32,000 nucleotides of DNA, taken from the NCBI GenBank assembly GCA_043813805.1, contig JBDRKR010000018.1:3289-35288 (forward strand), read 5' to 3'. Source of the stretch: Candidatus Nealsonbacteria bacterium (lineage in GTDB: Bacteria; Patescibacteriota; Minisyncoccia; Minisyncoccales; MHMH01). Both the position numbers and the translations under genes were made by a program. Under the pieces are notes generated by a model, which saw nothing but the letters and a program-made list of their open reading frames with translations, did not search any database and was not told the DNA's origin. Of the stretch, positions 8,126 to 15,872 are shown piece by piece (position 1 is the stretch's first letter; every line of letters begins with the position of its first letter).

Positions 8126-9199
8126 TCAGTTTTTTTGGTACTTAAAGAGGGGAACGGCTTCAAACCAGCGGCTTTTCCAAGTGTAGTTGTTCTGCAGGAA
8201 GTCGATCTTTTTGAAACCCAATTTAATCGCATCGTCGATTTCGATAAGATTGAAGTAGTTGCCGATGCCCGGGAATTCGGCTACGTTGTAGCCGCATTTG
8301 ACGGCGAAATAAGTATTATTGAATAAAGCAATCAAATCCACGCCGGCGATTTTACCGTTGATTTTAATGGTGATCATGCGGTTTTTGTAAGAACTGCCGC
8401 CAAGATTGATGACTTGTCTGAAAGCTTCGATTCTCCTCGGATCTTGCCAGTCGGGCACCTGGTTTTTATCTGTCAGTCTTTTCTTGGATATTTCCACCAA
8501 ACTGTCAAAGTCGGCGGAATTATCGATGATAATCTCGGGATTTTGCCTTTCAATTCTGCGCCGGTCTTTTCTCATACTGTGGCGTTCGTTCTTTTTAAGA
8601 GTGGCCAAATAATCCTCGTGGTTGGAGAATTTTTCGAGATGCAAAACATATTTAGCCGAATCTGGCTCAAAAGCAACAGTTTTACCTAAAAGAAAAGCTG
8701 ATTTGGGCGAGATGGCGTTAAGTAACAGGGGAGAAGGAGCGGCTTCAAGCAAAATAGGGATGTATTGAGGGTCTTTGCTGAAAAAAACAACTTCTTCCTG
8801 CCAATCGCTGCCAAACCACTCGTATCTTTTTTCATCCGGATTGTACCATAAGGGCAGTAAAGCCAGATTTTCTTTGTCGTTTTTTAATAAGATGAAATGG
8901 GGCCTGTAATGATAGCCCAGATAGAAAGCGAACCGGAATTCCCAAGTATCAAACAGGGTTTTGGGGCTGGCTAATTCTTGCCACAATCGATGACAGTGCT
9001 CAATCTCCGAAATAATCTCTACATCCATATCTTCCGGCAAAGCCAGCCTGCCGAAGGACAGTGGGTCAACAAAAAAAGAACCTAAATGTTGCAGAGGTTC
9101 CCTTTGCCCAACCTCGGTTCTATTATCAGGAGGTTCAATCTCGTCCTTATTTATAATATTAGAGAAACCAGAGTTATTCGAAGATTCGAAGTTACTCAT
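8126..9199 (-). CDS. GNAT/FemAB-like (CelD-type) acyltransferase or peptidyltransferase
   Basis: YLATLKKNERHSMRKDRRRIE...ITIKINGKIAGVDLIALFNNTYFAVKCGYNVAEFPGIGNYFNLIEIDDAIKLGFKKIDFLQNNYTWKSRW. The listed start (9244) overlaps a -10 box; the internal Met at 9199 (MSNFESSNNSG) is preferred. Confidence 0.72.
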   Translation of the reverse strand: MSNFESSNNSGFSNIINKDEIEPPDNRTEVGQREPLQHLGSFFVDPLSFGRLALPEDMDVEIISEIEHCHRLWQELASPKTLFDTWEFRFAFYLGYHYRPHFILLKNDKENLALLPLWYNPDEKRYEWFGSDWQEEVVFFSKDPQYIPILLEAAPSPLLLNAISPKSAFLLGKTVAFEPDSAKYVLHLEKFSNHEDYLATLKKNERHSMRKDRRRIERQNPEIIIDNSADFDSLVEISKKRLTDKNQVPDWQDPRRIEAFRQVINLGGSSYKNRMITIKINGKIAGVDLIALFNNTYFAVKCGYNVAEFPGIGNYFNLIEIDDAIKLGFKKIDFLQNNYTWKSRWFEAVPLFKYQKN

Positions 9200-9234
9200 A
9201 GTAAGCTTAGTGCTCAATTTTGCACTATGCTGAC

Positions 9235-9263
9235 AGGATAGCATTTTTAAAAGGCCTTGTCAA
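9235..9263 (-). promoter_or_regulatory. Sigma70-like promoter for the GNAT/ATP-grasp pair
   Basis: Minus strand: TTGACA (9263-9258), 17-nt spacer, TATCCT (9240-9235). Confidence 0.7.
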
Positions 9264-9286
9264 TACCCTAAATCAAATATCCGCAT

Positions 9287-9312
9287 TTAAAAAACCATCC
9301 GGAAAGGATGGT
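9287..9312 (-). terminator. Intrinsic terminator for the tyrosine recombinase transcript
   Basis: Minus strand reads ACCATCC-TTTCC-GGATGGT-TTTTT: perfect 7-bp stem plus T-tract. Confidence 0.8.
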
Positions 9313-9314
9313 AC

Positions 9315-9381
9315 AAAAGCGCGCTTTTAGTTTTACAATTATAACGGGCGGTAAACCGCCCGATATATCGAGATCAGCTCG
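9315..9381. repeat. Cluster of four short palindromes/inverted repeats downstream of the recombinase gene
   Basis: AAAAGCGCGCTTTT (9315-9328); CGGGCGGT-AA-ACCGCCCG (9345-9362); CGATATATCG (9361-9370); CGAG-ATCAG-CTCG (9369-9381). Confidence 0.6.
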
Positions 9382-9430
9382 CTATGACGTAAAAAGAGGG
9401 CAAATATTACACTTAATTTGTAGGGGACTG

Positions 9431-10387
9431 TCAATTTTTAATATTTTTACCGCTATGGAATTGGCGGTGGACGTCTCTCAGACGCTTATTGGTTACGTGA
9501 GTATAAATTTGGGTTGTGGCAATGTTGCGATGGCCCAGAAACTCCTGGATGCTTCTTAAATCAACGCCTTGGTTTAAAAGATCTGTGGCGTAAGAATGAC
9601 GTAAAGTATGGGGGCTCGTAAAAATCGGCACGCCGCCCAGTACCGCGTACTTTTTGACGATTCTTTCAATGGACCGGGCGGTGAGGCGGGTGTCGGCATC
9701 GGATCTTGACCGGAAATTGGTGAACAAGGCCTTTTCTTTGTCTTTTCTGGTTTCCAGATACTTCTTTATCCAGCCGAGCGCCCTTTCGGAAAAATAAACG
9801 GTCCGGGGATGGCTGCCTTTGCCGATGATGCCAAGCTCCAGATCTTTCTTATCTTTAACGTTACCGAATTGTTCTTTATTCAAAGCAACTAATTCCGCGA
9901 TTCTTAAGCCCGTAGAGAAAAGAGCTTCTAAAATAGCCCTGTCCCTTAAGCCGTCTTTTTCTGCGGTTTTAGGGGCCATCAGGAGCTTCTCGACCTGGTC
10001 CAGATTAAGGAATTTGACCGTTTTTTCGGCCCTGGCGTCCTTTGGGAGGGCTATTTTGTCCGGAGGCACCGAAACCACGTCTTTAGCCACAAAATAGCCC
10101 AAAAAGGCCCTTAAAGCGATAAGATAGTAGTTCTGGGTAACCTTCTTCAAGGAATGGCCGTTTTGGCTCTGAAAACGGCTTAAATACAGCCTATAAGCCC
10201 AGATATGCTCTGAAGTCAGTTCTTGGGGCTTTAGATCGTCCTTATGGGTGGTTTTGAGCCACAAGACGAACTTGTCCAGATAACGTTTATAGTTTTCCTG
10301 GGTTTTATCGGCCAAACCTTTTTCCACCTCGCAATAATCTAAAAAGTCGGGAATATGTTTAATAATACTTTTATCTGATTCAATCAT
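9431..10387 (-). CDS. Tyrosine recombinase (XerC/XerD-like)
   Basis: STGLRIAELVALN, IIGKGSHPRTV, FTSPHTLRHSYATDLLNQGVDLRSIQEFLGHRNIATTQIYTHVTNKRL; R, H-x-x-R, H and Y catalytic residues present. Confidence 0.93.
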   Translation of the reverse strand: MIESDKSIIKHIPDFLDYCEVEKGLADKTQENYKRYLDKFVLWLKTTHKDDLKPQELTSEHIWAYRLYLSRFQSQNGHSLKKVTQNYYLIALRAFLGYFVAKDVVSVPPDKIALPKDARAEKTVKFLNLDQVEKLLMAPKTAEKDGLRDRAILEALFSTGLRIAELVALNKEQFGNVKDKKDLELGIIGKGSHPRTVYFSERALGWIKKYLETRKDKEKALFTNFRSRSDADTRLTARSIERIVKKYAVLGGVPIFTSPHTLRHSYATDLLNQGVDLRSIQEFLGHRNIATTQIYTHVTNKRLRDVHRQFHSGKNIKN

Positions 10388-10437
10388 AATATATAAAAAA
10401 GTATTTCTATGAAATTTATCTTATATTAAGAAAGGCT

Positions 10438-10480
10438 TGAAAAGAGGGTTCCAGAGAAGGGGGTTCTTCTGGCCCCTCTT
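10438..10480 (-). terminator. Terminator/attenuator-like hairpin between the ZIP gene and the recombinase gene
   Basis: Minus strand: AAGAGGG-G-CCAG-AA-GAA-CCCCC-TTC-T-CTGG-AA-CCCTCTT followed by TTC. Outer 7-bp and inner 4+3-bp helices. Confidence 0.75.
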
Positions 10481-10498
10481 AATTGTCGCTTTACCTAC

Positions 10499-10528
10499 AT
10501 TGTACGACATTGCCTATATACGTGTCAA
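10499..10528 (-). promoter_or_regulatory. Sigma70-like promoter upstream of the recombinase gene
   Basis: Minus strand: TTGACA (10528-10523), 18-nt spacer, TACAAT (10504-10499). Confidence 0.7.
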
Positions 10529-10553
10529 GCCACTCCCCTGTGGTTATACGGCC

Positions 10554-11288
10554 CTAAACGAGTTTGGCCAAATACATGATGTAAAGACCTATTAAAAAAA
10601 CGCCGAAAGAATAAAAAGATTTTTTAGCGTCTTTTTCTTTCCGTATTTCCGGAATCAAATCAGAAGTGGAAATATATAAGAATCCGCCGGCCGCCAACGG
10701 CAAGAGGTATGCTATGACGTTTTCGGTGTGCAGGGCTATAAAATAGCCGATAATGCCCCCGGCCACCATGGTTAACGATACCATCAGGTTAAGCAACAGG
10801 GCTTTTGTCTTATTGAAACCGGCATAAAGCAGAATAGCGCAATTCCCTATTTCTTGAGGTATTTCGTGTAATCCAATGGCAATCACAGCCGCCATCCCCA
10901 ACCTGATATCAATCATAAATGTGGTGGCGATAATCAGGCCATCGATAAAATGATGGACGCCACTGCCGATCAGGCTCATGTAGCCGAAGGAATGGATTTC
11001 CTGTTCTTCATTGTGGCAGTGCTGCCAATGCAGTATTTTTTCAATGAAGTAAAAAAGGATGAACGAGGCCAGCATCATCAGAAAAAATCTTTCAGCCGGC
11101 TGCTTCTGTATCCCCTCGGGCATTAAATGCAAGAAAGCGCCGCCCATCAAGGTTCCGGCTGACAGCGATACTAAAAATAACAGAATATTTTGGGTTGATT
11201 TCTGGTTTAAAGCAAGAAAAAAAACGCCCAAGAGCGCCAGAAAGCTTAACAAAAACGTGGCGATTAAAATATAGCCAAGGATGATCAT
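10554..11288 (-). CDS. ZIP family metal transporter
   Basis: LSAGTLMGGAFLHLMPEGI, SGVHHFIDGLIIATTF, AVIAIGLHEIPQEIGNCAILLYAGF, AAGGFLYISTSDLIPE: ZIP histidine-rich helix motifs. Confidence 0.93.
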   Translation of the reverse strand: MIILGYILIATFLLSFLALLGVFFLALNQKSTQNILLFLVSLSAGTLMGGAFLHLMPEGIQKQPAERFFLMMLASFILFYFIEKILHWQHCHNEEQEIHSFGYMSLIGSGVHHFIDGLIIATTFMIDIRLGMAAVIAIGLHEIPQEIGNCAILLYAGFNKTKALLLNLMVSLTMVAGGIIGYFIALHTENVIAYLLPLAAGGFLYISTSDLIPEIRKEKDAKKSFYSFGVFLIGLYIMYLAKLV

Positions 11289-11650
11289 TAAAATAACCCT
11301 TTAAACCTTTCCCAAAGATCTTGCTGCATTTCCTGTTTTTCTTTCTGAAATTCTTCTTTTACATCCGGCGTTTTTTGGCCAGTCAGCCCCCACAGCTTTC
11401 CCCACAAACTCTCGACTTTTGATCCTAAAGTATTTGCCCAAAAACTTTTCGTCCAAATCCACATATTCCACCAAATAGGCAGGGCTTGGTTGTACCAGAT
11501 GTCTTTAATGGCGTTAGGCAGGCGTTCCAGTATGTTCAGGCCTAAGATTTTGCTATCTTCTACAGTTTGAGGAACTTCAGCTTTGGTCCATGCCGGGAAA
11601 AAGGTTATAAATACGCTAATTAATAAAATGACCGTAATAACTTTTTTCAT
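11288..11650 (-). CDS. Small Trp-rich exported protein, unknown function
   Basis: N-terminal signal-like KKVITVILLISVFITFFPAWTKAE, then ILERLPNAIKDIWYNQALPIWWNMWIWTKSFWANTLGSKVESLWGKLWGL; 10 Trp in 120 aa. Confidence 0.6.
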   Translation of the reverse strand: MKKVITVILLISVFITFFPAWTKAEVPQTVEDSKILGLNILERLPNAIKDIWYNQALPIWWNMWIWTKSFWANTLGSKVESLWGKLWGLTGQKTPDVKEEFQKEKQEMQQDLWERFKGLF

Positions 11651-13080
11651 TTTATTAGGGCTCTCGCCTCTTTAAGCCTTCTTAATGTTTTTTCTTTGCC
11701 CAAGATTTCCGCTATTTCAATCGGGCCGGCTGAAGCTTTTTTACCGGTCAAAGCCACTCTTAGGGGCCACAACACGATTCCCCTGTCCCCTGTTTTCTCG
11801 GCTTCCTGTATTAAAACTTTTTCCAAGTTTTCCTTGGCCCAGTTTTTTTCACTTATTTCAGACAATAATTTATCTAATTTGTCAATCGAGGTGGCCATTT
11901 TCTGGTCATCAGCGCCTTTCCATCTTAAAAGCTCTTTATCATAATTTAATTTATCCTGGAAAAAGAAATCAGCCAGCTCTTTTATCTCGGAAAGTTTTTT
12001 GAGGCGCTCTTGATGAAGCCCCACGATTTTTTTGAGAAAGTCTTTTTCCGCTTCGGGCAGATAAGGTTGGCAAAGCTCGGTTAATTCATCCAGCGGTTTT
12101 TGCCTGATGTAAAAACCGTTAAGATAATCCAGCCTTTTAATATTGAAAATAGCTCCGGCCTTCTGGATTTTATCCAATGAAAACTCTTGTCCGAGCGCCT
12201 TTAAAGAGTAGATTTCCTCGTCGGTTCCCGGATTCCAGCCCAAAAATGCCATGAAATTAATGAGCGTTTCCGGCAAATAGCCTTCTTCTCTGTAATTTAA
12301 GACCGAAACTGCCGCGTGCCTCTTAGACAGCTTGCTTTTGTCGGGGCCCAAAATTAAGGGCAGGTGGGCGTATTTGGGCTGCGGGAAACCTAGGGCCTCT
12401 TGGATTAGGATTTGCTTGGGCGTGTTGGGAATATGTTCTTCTCCCCTAATAACGTGAGAGATTTTCATTTCAAAATCATCCACCACTACGGCAAAATTAT
12501 ATAAAGGTGTTACTAGGTCTTTGGCAATCACAAAATCGCCCATTAATGAAACATCAAAAATTATCTTGCCACGAATTAAGTCTTGAAAACAAATTTTTTC
12601 TTCATGAGTTTTAAACCTAACGATGGCGGGTTTACCTTCGGCTAGCCGTTTTTTAACTTCAGCCTCGGGTAAGTCGCGGCATTTGCTGCTGTATTTTGGT
12701 GCTAATCCCCTACTTAATTGGTCTTGTCTCATAGCTTCTAATTCTTCTTCGTTGCAAAAACAATAATACGCTTTATTTTCTTTTAAAAGCTTGTCTAAAT
12801 ACTGAGTATAGGTCGGGGTTCTTTCGGTTTGTCGAAAAGGCCCTTCATCCCATAAAATTCCCAGCCACCTTAGTCCCTCAATTAGGTCTTTTTCAAAACG
12901 CGGTTCCGATCTTTCAAGGTCGGTATTTTCAACGCGTAAGATAAATTTACCACCATTATTTTTGGCGAAAAGATAATTAAAAAGCGCAGTACGGGCGCCT
13001 CCCACATGAAGATTGCCTGTGGGCGAAGGCGCGAATCTTGTTCGTATGTTCTTGGTTATTGTTTTAGTATTATTTAACAT
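11647..13080 (-). CDS. gltX: Glutamyl-tRNA synthetase (class I, catalytic)
   Basis: TRFAPSPTGNLHVGGARTALFNYLFAK; VIRGEEHIPNTPKQILIQEALG; KLSKRHAAVSV. Confidence 0.95.
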   Translation of the reverse strand: MLNNTKTITKNIRTRFAPSPTGNLHVGGARTALFNYLFAKNNGGKFILRVENTDLERSEPRFEKDLIEGLRWLGILWDEGPFRQTERTPTYTQYLDKLLKENKAYYCFCNEEELEAMRQDQLSRGLAPKYSSKCRDLPEAEVKKRLAEGKPAIVRFKTHEEKICFQDLIRGKIIFDVSLMGDFVIAKDLVTPLYNFAVVVDDFEMKISHVIRGEEHIPNTPKQILIQEALGFPQPKYAHLPLILGPDKSKLSKRHAAVSVLNYREEGYLPETLINFMAFLGWNPGTDEEIYSLKALGQEFSLDKIQKAGAIFNIKRLDYLNGFYIRQKPLDELTELCQPYLPEAEKDFLKKIVGLHQERLKKLSEIKELADFFFQDKLNYDKELLRWKGADDQKMATSIDKLDKLLSEISEKNWAKENLEKVLIQEAEKTGDRGIVLWPLRVALTGKKASAGPIEIAEILGKEKTLRRLKEARALIK

Positions 13081-13084
13081 ATTT

Positions 13085-14107
13085 TTAGTACTTATCTAAA
13101 GATTTTATTGTGCTGTTGATAACATGCTTCAGAATTTTTACGGGATGACTCGGGGCAAGAGAATGCGCAGTTTCTTCGCATAATTGAATACAATCCGCCC
13201 CATCAATTACAGCATTTGTTATGTCAGATATTTCAGCTGCCCTCGGTATAGCCCTAGTTAATAAGCTAGTAAGAACTCCGGTAGATAAGATCGAAAACTT
13301 ATTTTTTTTATTACATTCTTTTATAATTCTTTTTTGAGCTAAAGCCAATAAACCGTAATCAAAATAGTTTGCTAAATCACCCCTTCCTATCATAATTCCA
13401 TCACTAGCGTCAACGATTTCGACGTAATTTTTAAACCCAATCTCGGTTTCTATTTTAGAAATTATTTTTGTTTTTTTGTTGCCACTTTTTATTAATTTAT
13501 TTTTCAAGATATTAATCTCTTTTTCCCCTTTAACAAAAGATATCGCTATCCAATCAGTTGGATTATGTTTCGCGAACTCAACCACGTTGTCAGTGAGTGG
13601 ATTATTAATATCGGAATCAACAATATTATTTTTACCCGCGATTGCAAGACCTTTTCTAGCATATAAAGTAGATGGGTATTCAGAAATGACCTTAAGCTGT
13701 TTTGAATTATTAGACACTATTTTAAAGACAGCATCTCCATCGCCGCATATTAATTTATCACCAGTTTTACAATAATGTAAAAATTCATTAGAAGCAATGG
13801 GAAGCGTTTGTTCATCGGGAGCTTGATTGTTTTTTGTAATCTTGTATATTTTTCCAGGGACAATATTTATTGGATTAGTATAAAAATCACCAAATCTGGG
13901 TTTATTACCAGGTAAATCAAGTAAAATTTTAATGTTCTCAAAGTTATTTTTTATATAGAAAACGATATTCTTAATCGAGAGAGATATTGACGGTTCCCAA
14001 AAAGGAATTCGAACAATATTAATTCCCGACTGGAGTAACTGTTTAAGTCTAATTTTATCTTCAATAAATGGTTTTATTGTAACGCTAATGAATATTTTTT
14101 TCATCAA
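13085..14107 (-). CDS. Pyruvate-kinase-like protein, short and divergent (340 aa)
   Basis: ARKGLAIAGKNNIVDSDINNPLTDNVVEFAK...DWIAISFVKG; KIISKIETEIGFKNYVEIVDASDGIMIGRGDLANYF; EISDITNAVIDGADCIQLCEETAHSLAP. No C-terminal allosteric domain. Confidence 0.8.
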   Translation of the reverse strand: MMKKIFISVTIKPFIEDKIRLKQLLQSGINIVRIPFWEPSISLSIKNIVFYIKNNFENIKILLDLPGNKPRFGDFYTNPINIVPGKIYKITKNNQAPDEQTLPIASNEFLHYCKTGDKLICGDGDAVFKIVSNNSKQLKVISEYPSTLYARKGLAIAGKNNIVDSDINNPLTDNVVEFAKHNPTDWIAISFVKGEKEINILKNKLIKSGNKKTKIISKIETEIGFKNYVEIVDASDGIMIGRGDLANYFDYGLLALAQKRIIKECNKKNKFSILSTGVLTSLLTRAIPRAAEISDITNAVIDGADCIQLCEETAHSLAPSHPVKILKHVINSTIKSLDKY

Positions 14108-15186
14108 GATGGTGTTATCGACAATCCAAAGTGGCTTTTTCTTTTAAGCGGTTGCATCTTTTTTATACGTTTATAGGAAATATGTTCCGATTCCTTAAAA
14201 ATTTTAATGGCTAATTTTAAGTCTTTCTTAAAACCACTTATTTTGCCGGAGCCAAATGCATTCCAGCGACACGTTGCGATTCTTAAGTCAGGTAATATTT
14301 GAATATCATACAAACCTTCATGACACGGCAAATAGTTACATTTACTACAGATCGTTTTTAAGTTATATCTTGACCCCTGGTGAATGGATTTAAGTGTTAC
14401 AAATATATTATCTATTTTATAAACCAAAACGGGAATTCCATAACTTTTTGCATAATCGTGAAAATATTTTTTATCAGAGATTTGCTCTAACTTTGTCTCT
14501 AGGCTTTTAAATGGGTAATGAAGGGTATCCCAATCATTGCGAGGTAACGGTACGGATGTCACTTCCTGTAGTTTTAAATCAATGTTTCTTTTTTTGCAAA
14601 ATAATATCATGTCTTCAACCTCTCCGCTATTATAATTAGTAACTACCATATTTATTCTCATTAAAAGACCATACTTTAAAAGCAGATTAATATTATCCAT
14701 CACTTTTTTGCGTTGTTTTTTGGTTGAGGAAAGTCTATCAAAAATATCCTCATTTAAGGAGTCTAGACTTACAGCAACATGTAAGTTGTCTAAGTTTTTA
14801 ATTTTAACTAATTTACGGATATGTTTGTCGATTAGCGCACCGTTCGTGTTAATTAATAAATATTTATTCTTATTTAAGATATATTTTATTGATTCGATTA
14901 TGTGTTTATATGCAAATGGTTCGCCTCCAGTTAAACGAAATTTTTCTATCCCGAGGTCTGTTGCTATATCAACTATTTTTTTAAGTTCGTTGAAATTAAA
15001 TTCTTTTTTTCGGCTTATAGTAACTTCTCCACCGTTTCCACAATAAATACACCTAAATGGACATGTCTGAGTTAACGCTAGGGTGGCGTAGGGAATACAC
15101 TTAAGTGTTGGATTAGTTACAATCCCCTTTTTCAAATTATTTCTTTCTACAAGATTTTCTTCTTTTATAATGGGGTGATGGGACAC
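14104..15186 (-). CDS. MoaA-like radical SAM protein with an extra C-terminal Cys motif; GTG start
   Basis: TQTCPFRCIYCGNGG (CX3CX2C); FRLTGGEP; INTNGAL; C-terminal CSKCNYLPCHEGLYDIQILPDLRIATCRW. 4-nt overlap with the following pyruvate-kinase-like gene. Confidence 0.85.
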   Translation of the reverse strand: MSHHPIIKEENLVERNNLKKGIVTNPTLKCIPYATLALTQTCPFRCIYCGNGGEVTISRKKEFNFNELKKIVDIATDLGIEKFRLTGGEPFAYKHIIESIKYILNKNKYLLINTNGALIDKHIRKLVKIKNLDNLHVAVSLDSLNEDIFDRLSSTKKQRKKVMDNINLLLKYGLLMRINMVVTNYNSGEVEDMILFCKKRNIDLKLQEVTSVPLPRNDWDTLHYPFKSLETKLEQISDKKYFHDYAKSYGIPVLVYKIDNIFVTLKSIHQGSRYNLKTICSKCNYLPCHEGLYDIQILPDLRIATCRWNAFGSGKISGFKKDLKLAIKIFKESEHISYKRIKKMQPLKRKSHFGLSITPS

Positions 15187-15189
15187 AAT

Positions 15190-15195
15190 ATTATA
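15190..15195 (-). promoter_or_regulatory. Possible -10 box (TATAAT) just upstream of the radical SAM gene
   Basis: Minus strand TATAAT only 3 nt upstream of the annotated GTG; no convincing -35. Confidence 0.3.
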
Positions 15196-15305
15196 TTACT
15201 CTATCTAGGTTTTACTTCAGCGCTTGACATAAATCTCTGTTTTCAGCTTAACATAGTTTTAAAAAATGAAAAATCCCTCGACCGGCCGTTAAGGGATTTG
15301 CTTCC

Positions 15306-15833
15306 TTACTTTTTATACAAATATACGCCGTCTTCATCCTTAATTTGCGGCCAGGTAGGAAAACAAAAAGTATTAGAAACAACTCTGGCATTATTTTTGA
15401 GTTCTCTTTCTAATTTTTTTTCCAATTTTTTCATAACATAATCAAAGCCATAAACAGCAATAATATCAAACTCGAAAAGATCTTCATTCCAAAAATTCTT
15501 CCAATGAATAAAAGCTTTTCTTTTCAGTCCGGCCTTATTAATGTTTCGTCTGGCTCGCCAGACCAATGCGGGATTTATTTCGTAACCGTGGGCTTCTGCG
15601 CCCTTTTTGGCTAAAGCAATAACCAATCTTCCGTCGCCGGCCCCTAAATCCACTGCTTTTTCTCCCGGTTTAATTTCGGCAAGTTTGATTATCTTTTTTA
15701 TTTTCTCCTCTTTGCTTGAAACATAAATTGCTCCCCAAAATAAGAAAGGGTTTGTAAATATTAAAAATAGAAAAACAAACAAAAACAATAATAAAACAAA
15801 AAGGCAGAAGAAAATTATAATTACTAAATTCAT
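15306..15833 (-). CDS. Class I SAM-dependent methyltransferase, membrane-anchored
   Basis: N-terminal hydrophobic helix; AVDLGAGDGRLVIALAKKGAEAHGYEINPALVWRAR. Confidence 0.8.
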   Translation of the reverse strand: MNLVIIIFFCLFVLLLFLFVFLFLIFTNPFLFWGAIYVSSKEEKIKKIIKLAEIKPGEKAVDLGAGDGRLVIALAKKGAEAHGYEINPALVWRARRNINKAGLKRKAFIHWKNFWNEDLFEFDIIAVYGFDYVMKKLEKKLERELKNNARVVSNTFCFPTWPQIKDEDGVYLYKK

Positions 15834-15847
15834 AGAAGAGGCTACGC

Positions 15848-15872
15848 GAAAGAGCTAAACCTCTTTCATCTC
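15848..15872. terminator. Hairpin overlapping the 3' end of murG, member of a repeated hairpin family
   Basis: GAAAGAG-CTAAAC-CTCTTTC (15848-15867) with ATCTC; the reverse complement contains GAGATGAAAGAGGTTT. Confidence 0.6.

Noticed and set aside
9431-10387. Integron integrase or phage integrase marking a mobile element
   Set aside because: The protein is of ordinary XerC/D size. No attI/attC array, cassette genes, phage genes or flanking direct repeats were seen.
10481-10553. Possible dif site upstream of the recombinase
   Set aside because: The palindromic-looking bases are better explained as a TTGACA/TACAAT promoter; no 11-6-11 dif architecture was recognised.
13085-14107. Calling the TIM-barrel protein a functional glycolytic pyruvate kinase (pyk)
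   Set aside because: Truncated and missing the NFSHG segment; only superfamily-level assignment is justified.
14104-15186. Calling the radical SAM gene moaA (molybdopterin synthesis)
   Set aside because: The motifs are MoaA-like, but the C-terminal Gly-Gly is absent, an extra Cys is present, and no other moa genes are seen.
15175-15441. + strand 88-aa ORF in the gap between the radical SAM and methyltransferase genes
   Set aside because: Overlaps the methyltransferase antisense, no motif, AT-rich random-like composition.
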